NCBI GenBank assembly: GCA_001804705.1
Contig: MHAY01000002.1
Span: forward strand, 20,183-84,182
Reading direction: 5' to 3'
DNA from: Ignavibacteria bacterium RIFOXYC2_FULL_35_21
GTDB taxonomy: Bacteria > Bacteroidota > Ignavibacteria > Kapaibacteriales > UBA2268
DNA: 64,000 nucleotides
The position numbers and the translations under genes are program-made. Numbering within the stretch: the first letter of the stretch is position 1; the number at the start of each line of letters is the position of its first letter. Under the pieces are notes generated by a model that saw nothing but the letters and a program-made list of their open reading frames with translations, had not been told where the DNA came from and made no database searches. Positions 16,924 through 26,134 of the stretch are shown piece after piece.

Positions 16924-19059
16924 TCATTTTGGCGGTTCGACTTTCTTTTCCTTTGTCGAGTCAGGTTCCAAATCTTTAAACGGATTTTCAAACTTAATTT
17001 CAGGTGTTAGTCTATCCTGAATTTTCTTCGGGTCAGTAACATCCTTCGTTGCATTTTCGAGCATCTTTTCAGGATTTGAAAAAGGCTCAGTCAGAGTTTT
17101 AATAAACTCAGTAGGCTTGTCGAGTATCTCCATAGGGTCATTGAAAAGAGATTTGTTCTTCTTTCCTTGTTCAGCCGGTTGGCTTGCAATCGTATCAATC
17201 TGCATCTTTCTTTCATATTTAAGTAATGAACGTGCTTTCAATGAATCAGGCACTTTCCCATCTTTAACAGCATTTGCAAAATCCACCATTGCTCTAATGT
17301 CTCTTGCATATTCTGAGTTTGGATATTTTTCCAATAAAAGTAAATAGTAATGAATAGCACTATCCCTGTTCTTTATATCATTCTCATAAGTCCATCCGAC
17401 TGAATAAAGAGCCTTTGGAGCAAATTGATTTTGCGGGTATTTGTCATAGATTGTAAGGAACTGCTGTAAGGCATACTGATATTCTTTATTTTTCCTTAAA
17501 CTCACCCCGGATTTATATAATTCCGCGACTGTGTCAATCAGAAACTCTTCAGTATAGCCTAATCTTTTACGGGCATCTATTCCATATTCGGTTGTTGGAA
17601 ATACCTGGACAATATAATCGAGGATAGAATCTGCAACTGTCGGCTCATTGTCCTCGATATATCTTGCATAAACATATAAATATCTTGCCGACGCTTTCTC
17701 GGATGGGGGAGAGGCATCTTTTGCAAATTTGAAATAAAACTCTGCTGAATCTGGATTGCCAAGTTGCTCGTGTATTCTTCCGGTCTCGAAAAGATTCAAT
17801 GCAAATACGGATAATGTGGAATCGTTCAGTGTGTCATGAGTTGACCATCTCTGCATTAAAGGCACTGTAACATTTCTCTTGCTTTCCCAACTGTTCAATA
17901 GCTTATACATCCTGTCTGCAGAATTTGAAACCGGTGTTTTGATTAATTTCGCCCTTGCAAAATAATTCCTCGCATATACATATTTGTTTTTGTTGAAATT
18001 ATCCATTCCCATTTCATAATACACAGTTGATATTGCATCATTATTGGGATAGGCTGAATCTGCATATACCGTTACTTTATTAAATAATGTATCTTTCTTT
18101 TGAAGCCTCAATATGTTCATTCTCTCGGCAAGTATATTTGCCCTCCATTCCTGGAATTTCCCGTCACCTTCAATCCGGTCAAGAATTTTTTCAGCTTCTT
18201 CATAATTACCTAATCGCGTTTTGCATGCTGCTTCGTAAAGCAATGCTTCGAAAATGCCGAGATAATCCGGACTGTATTCATGCACTTTACGAAAACTAAT
18301 TTCAGCCCTGTCAAACTTGCCGATTCTGTATTGAAGCGATGCGAGGTCGAGCTGCCACTTTGCACGCTGCTCATCATCTTCGCATTGAACAATTGCCTGC
18401 TTATAAGGCCTTAAAGCTCCTTCGGTGTCATTCAGAAATAGCGATAACTCTGCTTCTAATCTGAATGCTTCCGATAAAATATCATATCTTTTCTTCTGCC
18501 AGGCTATGTCCACGGTTCTTGACAAAAGCACCTGCCCTGCCAAATATTTTCTTTGTATCAGGTAATCTTTCGCCATTAGCAAATGTGCATCGGGTGACAT
18601 TTCTCCATCAGGATATTTATCAATCAGCTCACTGCATTTGATTTGTGAATTTATCCACTGGTTCTGATAAAAAAATGAAAGTGCCATCAAATAAAGTGTT
18701 CCTTCGATATAATTACTCTTTGGATGCTTTGACAATATCTTAGAACCTTTGATGATTATAGAATCAAGCTTAGTCTTGACTGGTTGAAGCTTCTGCTGTG
18801 AAATAATAAATTCTGTCAGAAAAGGTGGCGGGCCTGTTTTCGGAATAGCAGGGACATACATTTTATTATCAGGAACAATAATTCTTGGTTTGACTCTCCT
18901 TTTCTCTTCCTGGTATTCGAAATCTTCTTCGGTTTCTTTAATCAGTCTTTCGGCATTATAATATGTATTGAAATATGTAGTGAAGTTATCATATTGCTTG
19001 CAGCCTCCGCTCCCAAGCAATAGAATACCCAAACTTATTGCTGCTAAATATTTATACAT
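16924..19059 (-). CDS. Large TPR-repeat lipoprotein (possibly SprE/PorW-like)
   Basis: Lipobox LGSGGC. Repeated TPR-like helical pairs run the length of the protein. The SprE/PorW suggestion rests only on architecture and the T9SS context. Confidence 0.5.
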   Translation of the reverse strand: MYKYLAAISLGILLLGSGGCKQYDNFTTYFNTYYNAERLIKETEEDFEYQEEKRRVKPRIIVPDNKMYVPAIPKTGPPPFLTEFIISQQKLQPVKTKLDSIIIKGSKILSKHPKSNYIEGTLYLMALSFFYQNQWINSQIKCSELIDKYPDGEMSPDAHLLMAKDYLIQRKYLAGQVLLSRTVDIAWQKKRYDILSEAFRLEAELSLFLNDTEGALRPYKQAIVQCEDDEQRAKWQLDLASLQYRIGKFDRAEISFRKVHEYSPDYLGIFEALLYEAACKTRLGNYEEAEKILDRIEGDGKFQEWRANILAERMNILRLQKKDTLFNKVTVYADSAYPNNDAISTVYYEMGMDNFNKNKYVYARNYFARAKLIKTPVSNSADRMYKLLNSWESKRNVTVPLMQRWSTHDTLNDSTLSVFALNLFETGRIHEQLGNPDSAEFYFKFAKDASPPSEKASARYLYVYARYIEDNEPTVADSILDYIVQVFPTTEYGIDARKRLGYTEEFLIDTVAELYKSGVSLRKNKEYQYALQQFLTIYDKYPQNQFAPKALYSVGWTYENDIKNRDSAIHYYLLLLEKYPNSEYARDIRAMVDFANAVKDGKVPDSLKARSLLKYERKMQIDTIASQPAEQGKKNKSLFNDPMEILDKPTEFIKTLTEPFSNPEKMLENATKDVTDPKKIQDRLTPEIKFENPFKDLEPDSTKEKKVEPPK

Positions 19060-19142
19060 TTTATTTTTATTATTTTAATGTTAACAATAATTATTATGTA
19101 AATAATTATTCATAATCTTTCCAATCTATCCAATTTTAACCC

Positions 19143-19163
19143 TGTCAGGAGTTACTCCTGACA
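19143..19163. repeat. REP-like palindrome family B (tgtcaggagttactcctgaca)
   Basis: Perfect palindrome. Other copies at 11129-11152, 21216-21236 and 43883-43903, with degenerate copies at 31509-31527 and 21819-21837. Confidence 0.85.
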
Positions 19164-19358
19164 GAAAAAATATCATTATTAACCACTTTCATAACAATTA
19201 ATTCTTAATTCGTAAATCATAATTTGTAATTTAATTAAATTGGCTAATATTAGCAAAACGTTGTGGATTTAGTATTATTGCAGAATTATTTTTTAGTGAA
19301 TAATGAATAACGAATAATGAATAATTGTGGTTTTATATTTATTCACTTAAGAAAAAAT

Positions 19359-19436
19359 GTCATTCCATACTTGATACGGAATCCATAGCCACAACCCACA
19401 TCAATTGCCCCCTTTTGAGAGGGGATTAATGGGGTG
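19359..19436. repeat. Two adjacent REP-like elements
   Basis: gtcattccatacttgatacggaatccat is followed by ttgcccccttttgagaggggattaatggggtg (family A). Confidence 0.75.
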
Positions 19437-19596
19437 TTTATTGAATTTTATTCATAATTCGTAATTCATAATTGAATATTTAATTCCTAAGAGATAAGTG
19501 TGGTGACAGTAATTCTTTTGCTACTGATATTTAATCACTTCGTGATAAAATTGATATATTAATTTAATTCAGCATTTTCAATTAATATATATCCAC

Positions 19597-19621
19597 AATT
19601 CGTAATTCGTAATTCGTAATT
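19597..19621. repeat. 7-nt-period microsatellite (aattcgt)n abutting the glgA stop codon
   Basis: aattcgtaattcgtaattcgtaatt. Confidence 0.9.
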
Positions 19622-21098
19622 ATTTTAATCTTACTTTGTCCATCGCCCATTTAAAAACTTTCAGGTATTCGAGTGCGGAACCGCTGGATGAAAAATCACA
19701 GCTCATTGCGTTTAATCTGATTTTGTCCCAATGTTTTCCTTTTGAATATAATGACAAAGCTCGATTAACGGCATAAGCAAAATCATCCGCATTATAATTA
19801 TAAAATGTAAATCCATTTCCGGTTTGTTTTTTAGAATTGTACTCCTCGATTGTGTCGGCTAATCCTCCTGTTTGCCTGACTATCGGTATTGTGCCATATT
19901 TCAAGGCATACATTTGTGTCAAACCGCAAGGTTCAAACCTCGATGGCAGTACCATGAAATCCGAGCCTGCAATGATTCTGTGTGAAAGTGTATTATTATA
20001 TCCAATATTGACATACACTCTCTTTGGGTATTTCCATGCAAGATACCTGAAATAATCCTCATACCTTGATTCACCCGAACCGAGTATAGCTAATCTGAAT
20101 AAATTATTTCCTAAGAAATATTCGATTTTATCTATAAGCAGGTCTATTCCTTTTTGCTCTGTCAGCCTTGAAACCATGCCTATCAAAGGCAAATCGAGAT
20201 TGTCCCTGTCATTCAATCCCGTTTCTTTCAGGAAATTTATTTTATTAATATGTTTTCCCATCAGATAATCTCTATTATATTTTGAATGCAGGTAATTATC
20301 TTTCTCAGGGTCCCATTCGTTATAATAAATCCCATTCAAAATACCTACAAGGTCGCCGCCTTTTGCACCAAGCACATCCTGCAAACCTTCACTGAAATAT
20401 GGATTCCTGATTTCTTTTGCATAAGTCGGACTGACTGTTGTGATTTTATCTGCAAACATAATACCCGTTTTCATGGCATTGACAGACGATTTATGCTCAA
20501 ACCAGCAGCCCGGATAAAATTCCTTCATACCAAATCCGGCAAAATCCATTGCCCTTTGTGGATTGAACCAGCCCTGATATGCAAGATTGTGAATAGTATA
20601 AACACCTGCTGTTTTGGAAAACCTCGGGTCATTCCTGTATTGCGATTTCAGAAAAGCCATTGTGAATGCAGTATGAAAATCGTGGGCATGAATAACATCA
20701 GGTTTGAAATCTATCATTTTGGCAACTTCAAATACTGCCCTGCTCAGGAAAATAAATCTTCTGTCATTGTCAGGATATTCGTTAGGGTCGCCATAAATCC
20801 CCCGTCTGTTAAAGTAATCGTTGTTTTCAAGTAAGTAAACAGGGATATTAGAATTTGGTAAATGGCCTTTCCATACATGAGCAAACTCTGTCCATGTGCT
20901 TATTGGAACATAAACAACCATAAAAGTTGGTTTGAAACCATAAGCATAAACATCTATGTGTGCATATTTCGGCATAACTACAACGGTTTCCTGCCCTTGC
21001 TTTTCCCATTCGACTGGCAGAGATGCAGTAATATCTGCCAACCCTCCTGTCTTAGCAAAAGGAACCATTTCCGCCGATGTTAATAGTATCTTCATCAC
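19620..21098 (-). CDS. glgA: Glycogen (starch) synthase
   Basis: MKILLTSAEMVPFAKTGGLADI is the N-terminal KTGGL motif. The C-terminal half is GT5/GT1-type (PSRFEPCGLTQMYALKYGT). Confidence 0.9.
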   Translation of the reverse strand: MMKILLTSAEMVPFAKTGGLADITASLPVEWEKQGQETVVVMPKYAHIDVYAYGFKPTFMVVYVPISTWTEFAHVWKGHLPNSNIPVYLLENNDYFNRRGIYGDPNEYPDNDRRFIFLSRAVFEVAKMIDFKPDVIHAHDFHTAFTMAFLKSQYRNDPRFSKTAGVYTIHNLAYQGWFNPQRAMDFAGFGMKEFYPGCWFEHKSSVNAMKTGIMFADKITTVSPTYAKEIRNPYFSEGLQDVLGAKGGDLVGILNGIYYNEWDPEKDNYLHSKYNRDYLMGKHINKINFLKETGLNDRDNLDLPLIGMVSRLTEQKGIDLLIDKIEYFLGNNLFRLAILGSGESRYEDYFRYLAWKYPKRVYVNIGYNNTLSHRIIAGSDFMVLPSRFEPCGLTQMYALKYGTIPIVRQTGGLADTIEEYNSKKQTGNGFTFYNYNADDFAYAVNRALSLYSKGKHWDKIRLNAMSCDFSSSGSALEYLKVFKWAMDKVRLK

Positions 21099-21215
21099 TT
21101 TTAATTAATAATTAACAATGAATAATGAATAAATGTGGTTATAATATTCAATTTTAATTTCATTATTTTTCTATATTTATTCACTGTTCATTATTTACTG
21201 TTCATTAAAGATACC

Positions 21216-21290
21216 CTGTCAGGAGTTACTCCTGACAGAAAAATCTCATTTCTTCGCATTCTTTGCGAATTACTTTGCGCCTTTGCGTGA
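21216..21290. repeat. Family B palindrome followed by a family F element (tttcttcg..ctttgcgaatt.ctttgcg.ctttgcgtga)
   Basis: tgtcaggagttactcctgaca at 21216-21236. At 21249-21290 is tttcttcgcattctttgcgaattactttgcgcctttgcgtga, related to 11709-11753 and 11917-11961. Confidence 0.8.
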
Positions 21291-21344
21291 AATCAATTAT
21301 ATAACCACAATTCATAATCCAAAATTTAAAATTCATAATTTATT

Positions 21345-22211
21345 TTAAATAATCCCGCACACAAAATTTCTATATCTGTTAAATTTCTTTGAAGCTAATT
21401 GTGCTTCTTCTTTCGTATCAAACAATCCATATACACTCGAACCACTGCCACTCATAAGTGCAAATACAGCACCACAATCATAAAGTTCATTTTTAATTTT
21501 TCTTATTTCAGGGTAGTGGTCGAAAATTAAAAGTTCAAAATTATTAAAAACTTTTCCTTTTAGAATACTTTTATTTTTAACCGCTTCATTTAGAACACTC
21601 TTAAAATCTGTTTTATATCTACTAAAATGATTTTCATTCAGGTTTTCATAAGCCAACTTTGTTGAAATAGAAATATCAGGCATTACAATTAATACGACAA
21701 AATTCAAATCTGATTTGAAATAATCTAAAACATCACCCAGTTCGGAAGCAATAGCAGTTCCTTCTTTTAGGAAAAATGGCACATCAGTACCTAATCGGTT
21801 TGCAAAAATACGAACCGTGTCGGGAGTTACTTCCGACATAACTGAACCTGAACCAATAATATCCCACAGCTTCAACAAACCTTTGATTGTTGCCGCTGCA
21901 TCCGAACTGCCACCGCCAAGTCCCGCACCCATTGGAATTTCTTTTTCAATTAATATCTCTGCACCACTCTCAACATTATAAGTTTCTTTAATCAGTTTGG
22001 CTGCCTTATATACAAGATTTTGTTCGGTTGGAATATTAAGGTGCGGTGAAGAATTAACTAATATTTCCTTATTTTTGCGAATATATAGAGTATCTGCAAG
22101 GCTTATGCGGGTTATTGCAGAATTAATATTATGGTAGCCGTCTTGCCTCTTGTTGAGGATTTCAAGGCCAAGATTTATTTTTGCGTATGCTTTTACAATT
22201 ATTGTATCCAT
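21345..22211 (-). CDS. ispE: 4-diphosphocytidyl-2-C-methyl-D-erythritol kinase
   Basis: AKINLGLEILNKRQDGYHNI and the GHMP kinase motif PMGAGLGGGSSDAAA. Confidence 0.88.
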   Translation of the reverse strand: MDTIIVKAYAKINLGLEILNKRQDGYHNINSAITRISLADTLYIRKNKEILVNSSPHLNIPTEQNLVYKAAKLIKETYNVESGAEILIEKEIPMGAGLGGGSSDAAATIKGLLKLWDIIGSGSVMSEVTPDTVRIFANRLGTDVPFFLKEGTAIASELGDVLDYFKSDLNFVVLIVMPDISISTKLAYENLNENHFSRYKTDFKSVLNEAVKNKSILKGKVFNNFELLIFDHYPEIRKIKNELYDCGAVFALMSGSGSSVYGLFDTKEEAQLASKKFNRYRNFVCGII

Positions 22212-22226
22212 ATTTTAATTAAATAA

Positions 22227-22892
22227 ATGGACGAATTTCACGAAATCACCTATAGCCAGGAAGTTCTCAGAAAAAGCATCCATCTGATGTCATTATCTAT
22301 TCCTATTACTTATACTTTCATTCCACAAAGTATAGGTCTATCAATTCTTATACCATTAACCATCCTCTTTATTGTAATTGATGTACTTAGCAAAAAAAGA
22401 AATAAGGCTCAATTTTTTGTTCGACTCATTTTTGGTAGAATGCTCAGACGTCATGAAGTTGAAAAAGAATACACTCTTAACGGAGCTTCCTGGGTATTGA
22501 TTTCAGCTACCATCGGTATATTGGTATTTCCTAAAATTTTGTTTGTAACCGGATTTTCAATTTTGATTTTATCCGATATAGCTGCTGCCTTGTTTGGTAG
22601 AAAATTCGGAAAGACACCTCTTTTCGATAAAAGCTGGGAAGGAACTTCTGCATTTATAATTATTGCATTTTTTATTGTTTCATTTATCGGGTATATGACA
22701 TCGGCTCCATGGACGTTTTTTGTATTTGGTTTTATCTCTGCCTTCCTCGGTGGAATGGTAGAAGCCGCATCAAGAATGATGAAAGTAGATGACAATATAA
22801 CAATTCCAATCTGCATTGGTGTTCTTATGTGGATTGGCGAATATGTTTCCGATTATTTATTCCATTTATCATATATTAATCTATTGCATTAA
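22227..22892 (+). CDS. Polyprenol/phytol/diacylglycerol kinase-family membrane protein (CTP-dependent, Sec59-like)
   Basis: About 220 aa and polytopic. Contains LSDIAAALFGRKFGK, typical of the cytidylyltransferase-family kinases. Confidence 0.5.
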   Translation: MDEFHEITYSQEVLRKSIHLMSLSIPITYTFIPQSIGLSILIPLTILFIVIDVLSKKRNKAQFFVRLIFGRMLRRHEVEKEYTLNGASWVLISATIGILVFPKILFVTGFSILILSDIAAALFGRKFGKTPLFDKSWEGTSAFIIIAFFIVSFIGYMTSAPWTFFVFGFISAFLGGMVEAASRMMKVDDNITIPICIGVLMWIGEYVSDYLFHLSYINLLH

Positions 22893-22897
22893 AAAAA

Positions 22898-22934
22898 CTT
22901 TCCCCCTTTGAAAAAGGGGGATTTAGGGGGATTT
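22898..22934. repeat. REP-like family A
   Basis: ctttccccctttgaaaaagggggatttagggggattt. Confidence 0.85.
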
Positions 22935-22938
22935 AAAA

Positions 22939-23982
22939 TTGATTGATTTACGAAGCGATACAGTTACCGTTCCGACTAAAAACATGCTCAATGCAATTGT
23001 CACCGCTAAGGTTGGAGATGATGTTTTCGGGGATGACCCTACAGTAAATGAATTACAGGAATACACTGCTGATTTACTTGGTAAGGAAGCGGCATTATAT
23101 GTCCCATCCGGTACTATGAGCAATCAAATTGCAATTGCAGTTCAAACGAAAAGGGCTGATGAAGTCATTGTTGATGCCGATGCACATATATATTATTACG
23201 AAGCTGCCGCACCTGCAGTCATATCAGGTGTACAGCTTAGGCCTATCAAATCCGAAAGAGGCATCATGCCTATCGGTGAAATAAAAAATTCCATACGTGT
23301 TTTTGATGACCATTTTCCTCACACAGCTCTTATTTGTTTGGAAAACACTCATAACCGTCATGGTGGAGCAGTCATTCCTCTTGATTATATAAAGCAAGTG
23401 AAACAAATTGTTGATGAGAACAAACTCTCATTTCATTGTGACGGAGCCCGCCTCTGGAATGCCTGTGTGGCTACAGGAATTTCGCTCAAAGATTATGCTG
23501 AACCTTTCGATACTGTTACAGTATGTTTGTCTAAAGCACTTGGAGCTCCCGTAGGCTCCTTGCTTGTCGGCTCGAAGGATTTAATCTCCGAAGGAAGAAG
23601 AAAGCGTAAACTGATGGGGGGCGGTATGCGTCAGGCAGGTATCATAGCCGCCGCAGGTTTATATGCTTTGAAAAATAATCTTCCTTTATTGAAAAATGAC
23701 CATGAAAATGCAAAAACTTTTGCGAAACTTGTTTCAGAATCCGAATTTGTTACACTTGATATTGATAGGGTAGTGACAAACATTGTGTATTTTAAAATTG
23801 ATGCTCAAATCAATGGAGCAGAGTTTGAAGAAAAATGTAAACAACAAGGTCTTTTATTACTTCACCTCGGCAATAATTCGGTTCGTGTCGTATTTCATTA
23901 TCAGGTTGAAACATCTCAGGTGAAAACTGCTGTTGATATAATAAAAGATGTTTTGAATAATATGATAAAAAGAAAGATGTAG
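22939..23982 (+). CDS. ltaE: Low-specificity L-threonine aldolase
   Basis: TTG start. [12 protein letters not shown]...[15 protein letters not shown] and the PLP-lysine region [13 protein letters not shown]. Confidence 0.85.
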   Translation: MIDLRSDTVTVPTKNMLNAIVTAKVGDDVFGDDPTVNELQEYTADLLGKEAALYVPSGTMSNQIAIAVQTKRADEVIVDADAHIYYYEAAAPAVISGVQLRPIKSERGIMPIGEIKNSIRVFDDHFPHTALICLENTHNRHGGAVIPLDYIKQVKQIVDENKLSFHCDGARLWNACVATGISLKDYAEPFDTVTVCLSKALGAPVGSLLVGSKDLISEGRRKRKLMGGGMRQAGIIAAAGLYALKNNLPLLKNDHENAKTFAKLVSESEFVTLDIDRVVTNIVYFKIDAQINGAEFEEKCKQQGLLLLHLGNNSVRVVFHYQVETSQVKTAVDIIKDVLNNMIKRKM

Positions 23983-23989
23983 GTTGCTA

Positions 23990-24523
23990 ATGAAAACTAT
24001 TTTTTCGGTCTTTCAATTCTTATTTTTTATAAACAAAAGAGTAAGTCATCCTGAGCGTAGTCGAAGGATCTTCTTTCTTATCCTATGCACATTCTTTTTT
24101 AATAATTCATATTCTCAGGAAACAGTTAAGAGTTATGATGAACAGTTTTTGAAAACTATTGCATCCTTCTCATCCAACACAATTTATCTGTCTCTGACAT
24201 CCATTTCTCTTATCAAACAAAACATTGAACTCGACGAGGATACAACACGGTTTTCTAACTATTCTGATGTTGTTCAGTCTATTACATTCACCATAGAGGA
24301 TGAAATTAAAAAATTGGGCGCTCTTGTCAAATCACAAACCTTAAATAAGGATGATAACAAGTTTATAAAAGAAATTATCAAAACTCTTTTTTTTATGAAA
24401 GAAGATACTAAACTTTTGATGAGCTTTTTAAAAACAAATAATGATGAAGATTATAATAAATTTAATGATTATCATAAAACTGTAATTAATGCAGTCGAAA
24501 AACTTTATTCTTTAAATAAGTAG
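23990..24523 (+). CDS. Hypothetical secreted protein with a REP element inside its N-terminal region
   Basis: ATG at 23990. The N-terminus contains SHPERSRRI, encoded by a family D REP (24045-24070), followed by a hydrophobic stretch. No recognised domain. Confidence 0.45.
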   Translation: MKTIFSVFQFLFFINKRVSHPERSRRIFFLILCTFFFNNSYSQETVKSYDEQFLKTIASFSSNTIYLSLTSISLIKQNIELDEDTTRFSNYSDVVQSITFTIEDEIKKLGALVKSQTLNKDDNKFIKEIIKTLFFMKEDTKLLMSFLKTNNDEDYNKFNDYHKTVINAVEKLYSLNK

Positions 24524-24535
24524 ATAATAATAATT

Positions 24536-25015
24536 ATGAACGAAATAGAACAGAAATTAAAAATAATAGAAGAATCACTTACTAAATTCAAATTCAAAGT
24601 CAGTGGGAGAGTGAAATTCCACGAGGTTGATTCATACAGCATTGTCCATAACCTCCAATATTTTTATTGGCTGGAGTGGGCGAGAATTGAGTATTTGCGT
24701 CAACTTCTTAGTAGAGAATCAGGTAAAATTTCAATCTATGAATTTCCTGTTATGTCTGCACATGCTGAAATAGATTATTTCAACACTGCAAGTTTCGACG
24801 ATGCCTATGAAGTTTTTACGAGAATATCATTTATAAAAAATTCATCCTTCGGTTTTGAAAATATAATCCGTCTCGAAAGCGGATTATTACTTGCAAAAGC
24901 AAGTATTGTTCTGGTTAATATAAATTTCAAAACAAGGCAACCAGAAAGAATATCAGATGAAATCCGAGAACTGGTACGTAATTACGAAGGTGAAAATGTT
25001 TTATTTATTGATTAA
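24536..25015 (+). CDS. Acyl-CoA thioesterase, 4HBT/YbgC family
   Basis: VKFHEVDSYSIVHNLQYFYWLEWARIEYL is the hot-dog-fold YbgC-type signature. Confidence 0.75.
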   Translation: MNEIEQKLKIIEESLTKFKFKVSGRVKFHEVDSYSIVHNLQYFYWLEWARIEYLRQLLSRESGKISIYEFPVMSAHAEIDYFNTASFDDAYEVFTRISFIKNSSFGFENIIRLESGLLLAKASIVLVNINFKTRQPERISDEIRELVRNYEGENVLFID

Positions 25016-25020
25016 TATAA

Positions 25021-25152
25021 CTTTCCCCCTTTAATAAAGGGGGATTCAGGGGGATTTTAAATAATTACGAATTATGAATTACGAATTATGAATTAGGTAA
25101 GAAAAATTGTTAAGACTTTTCCCCCTTTATCAAAGGGGGATTAAGGGGGATT
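25021..25152. repeat. Two family A REPs flanking an (aattacg/aattatg)n microsatellite
   Basis: Family A REPs at 25021-25058 and 25116-25152. The 7-nt-period array is at 25063-25095. Confidence 0.85.
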
Positions 25153-25187
25153 ATAAATCAAATAAATCCATAAATCAAGGTGCTTTT

Positions 25188-26108
25188 ATGAAAACATTAG
25201 TTTTATTTCTTTTTTTTGCAAACATCATGCTCTCTCCTGCAATTATTTATCGGCATGATAAAGACTCAACTGATTATTTAAAATTAGCACAGGAAGAGCA
25301 GTTCAAATGTGTCGGTCACAATTTCAGAATTATTAAAAAAAATAACACAGATTCTCTGTTGGGTAAAGCTTCTTGCGTGTTAATTTCGGATAGGTATATC
25401 TTATCAGCTTGTCATTTATTTACTGATGTTATCACCAAAGATACAACTGCTTACATTAATGATACTACCAAAATTTACTATAATATATTGGTCTCAGAAA
25501 ATCAGGCACCTTGCAATGAATATAGGTTTCAATTTGAAAACAAACTTTATGAACCGGATACAATTATCTTTCATCCGGGGTATTTTGGAGCAAATCCAAA
25601 AGGAAAAAGTAAGAATTATGATATATGCTTAATAAAATTAAAAGAACCTGTATCAAATATTAAAATTCCACAACTCAACAATAAATATGATGAAGTTGGG
25701 AAAAAAGCTGTTGGAGTAGGTTGGGGTCATTATGGAGGAGCTTATGATGATTCTTTGAAATTGGGGAAGAAGCTTGCAGGTGAAAATATGATTGACTCAA
25801 TATTGAATTTTCGTGATGGAGTTCCAGGTTACATGGTCTGTGATTTTGATAGTCCAACTGATACAAATTGTAATAAAACCGGAAATCCTCAACCACTCGA
25901 ATTAGAATTTTTTATTAGTGGAGGCGACTCAGGTGGTGGTTTATTAATTGAAAAAAATAATCAATGGTTATTAGCAGGTGTATCTCCTTCTGGAGGAATT
26001 TATCTAGACCAATTCATGAAAACAGGATACTATTGCCATAAATATTATTGGGTCAGAATTTCTACCATTCTTGATTGGATAAATAAGACTATAAAAGAAA
26101 CTAAGTAA
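25188..26108 (+). CDS. Trypsin-like (S1 family) serine protease, secreted
   Basis: Signal peptide MKTLVLFLFFANIML. SACH (His), DICLIKL (Asp) and GGDSGGGL (Ser) form the catalytic triad context. The start is moved downstream of the REP-derived codons. Confidence 0.75.
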   Translation: MKTLVLFLFFANIMLSPAIIYRHDKDSTDYLKLAQEEQFKCVGHNFRIIKKNNTDSLLGKASCVLISDRYILSACHLFTDVITKDTTAYINDTTKIYYNILVSENQAPCNEYRFQFENKLYEPDTIIFHPGYFGANPKGKSKNYDICLIKLKEPVSNIKIPQLNNKYDEVGKKAVGVGWGHYGGAYDDSLKLGKKLAGENMIDSILNFRDGVPGYMVCDFDSPTDTNCNKTGNPQPLELEFFISGGDSGGGLLIEKNNQWLLAGVSPSGGIYLDQFMKTGYYCHKYYWVRISTILDWINKTIKETK

Positions 26109-26134
26109 AATTGAGAAATTATTGAATTTGTTAA

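Noticed and set aside
19242-19257. A sigma-54-like promoter, ttggctaatattagca.
   Set aside because: The GG-to-GC spacing is 9 nt rather than 10. The site is on the + strand, while both flanking genes are on the minus strand.
25107-25187. An upstream extension of the S1 protease ORF (MLRLFPLYQRGIKGDYK...).
   Set aside because: It is the translation of a family A REP. A normal signal peptide starts at the ATG at 25188.
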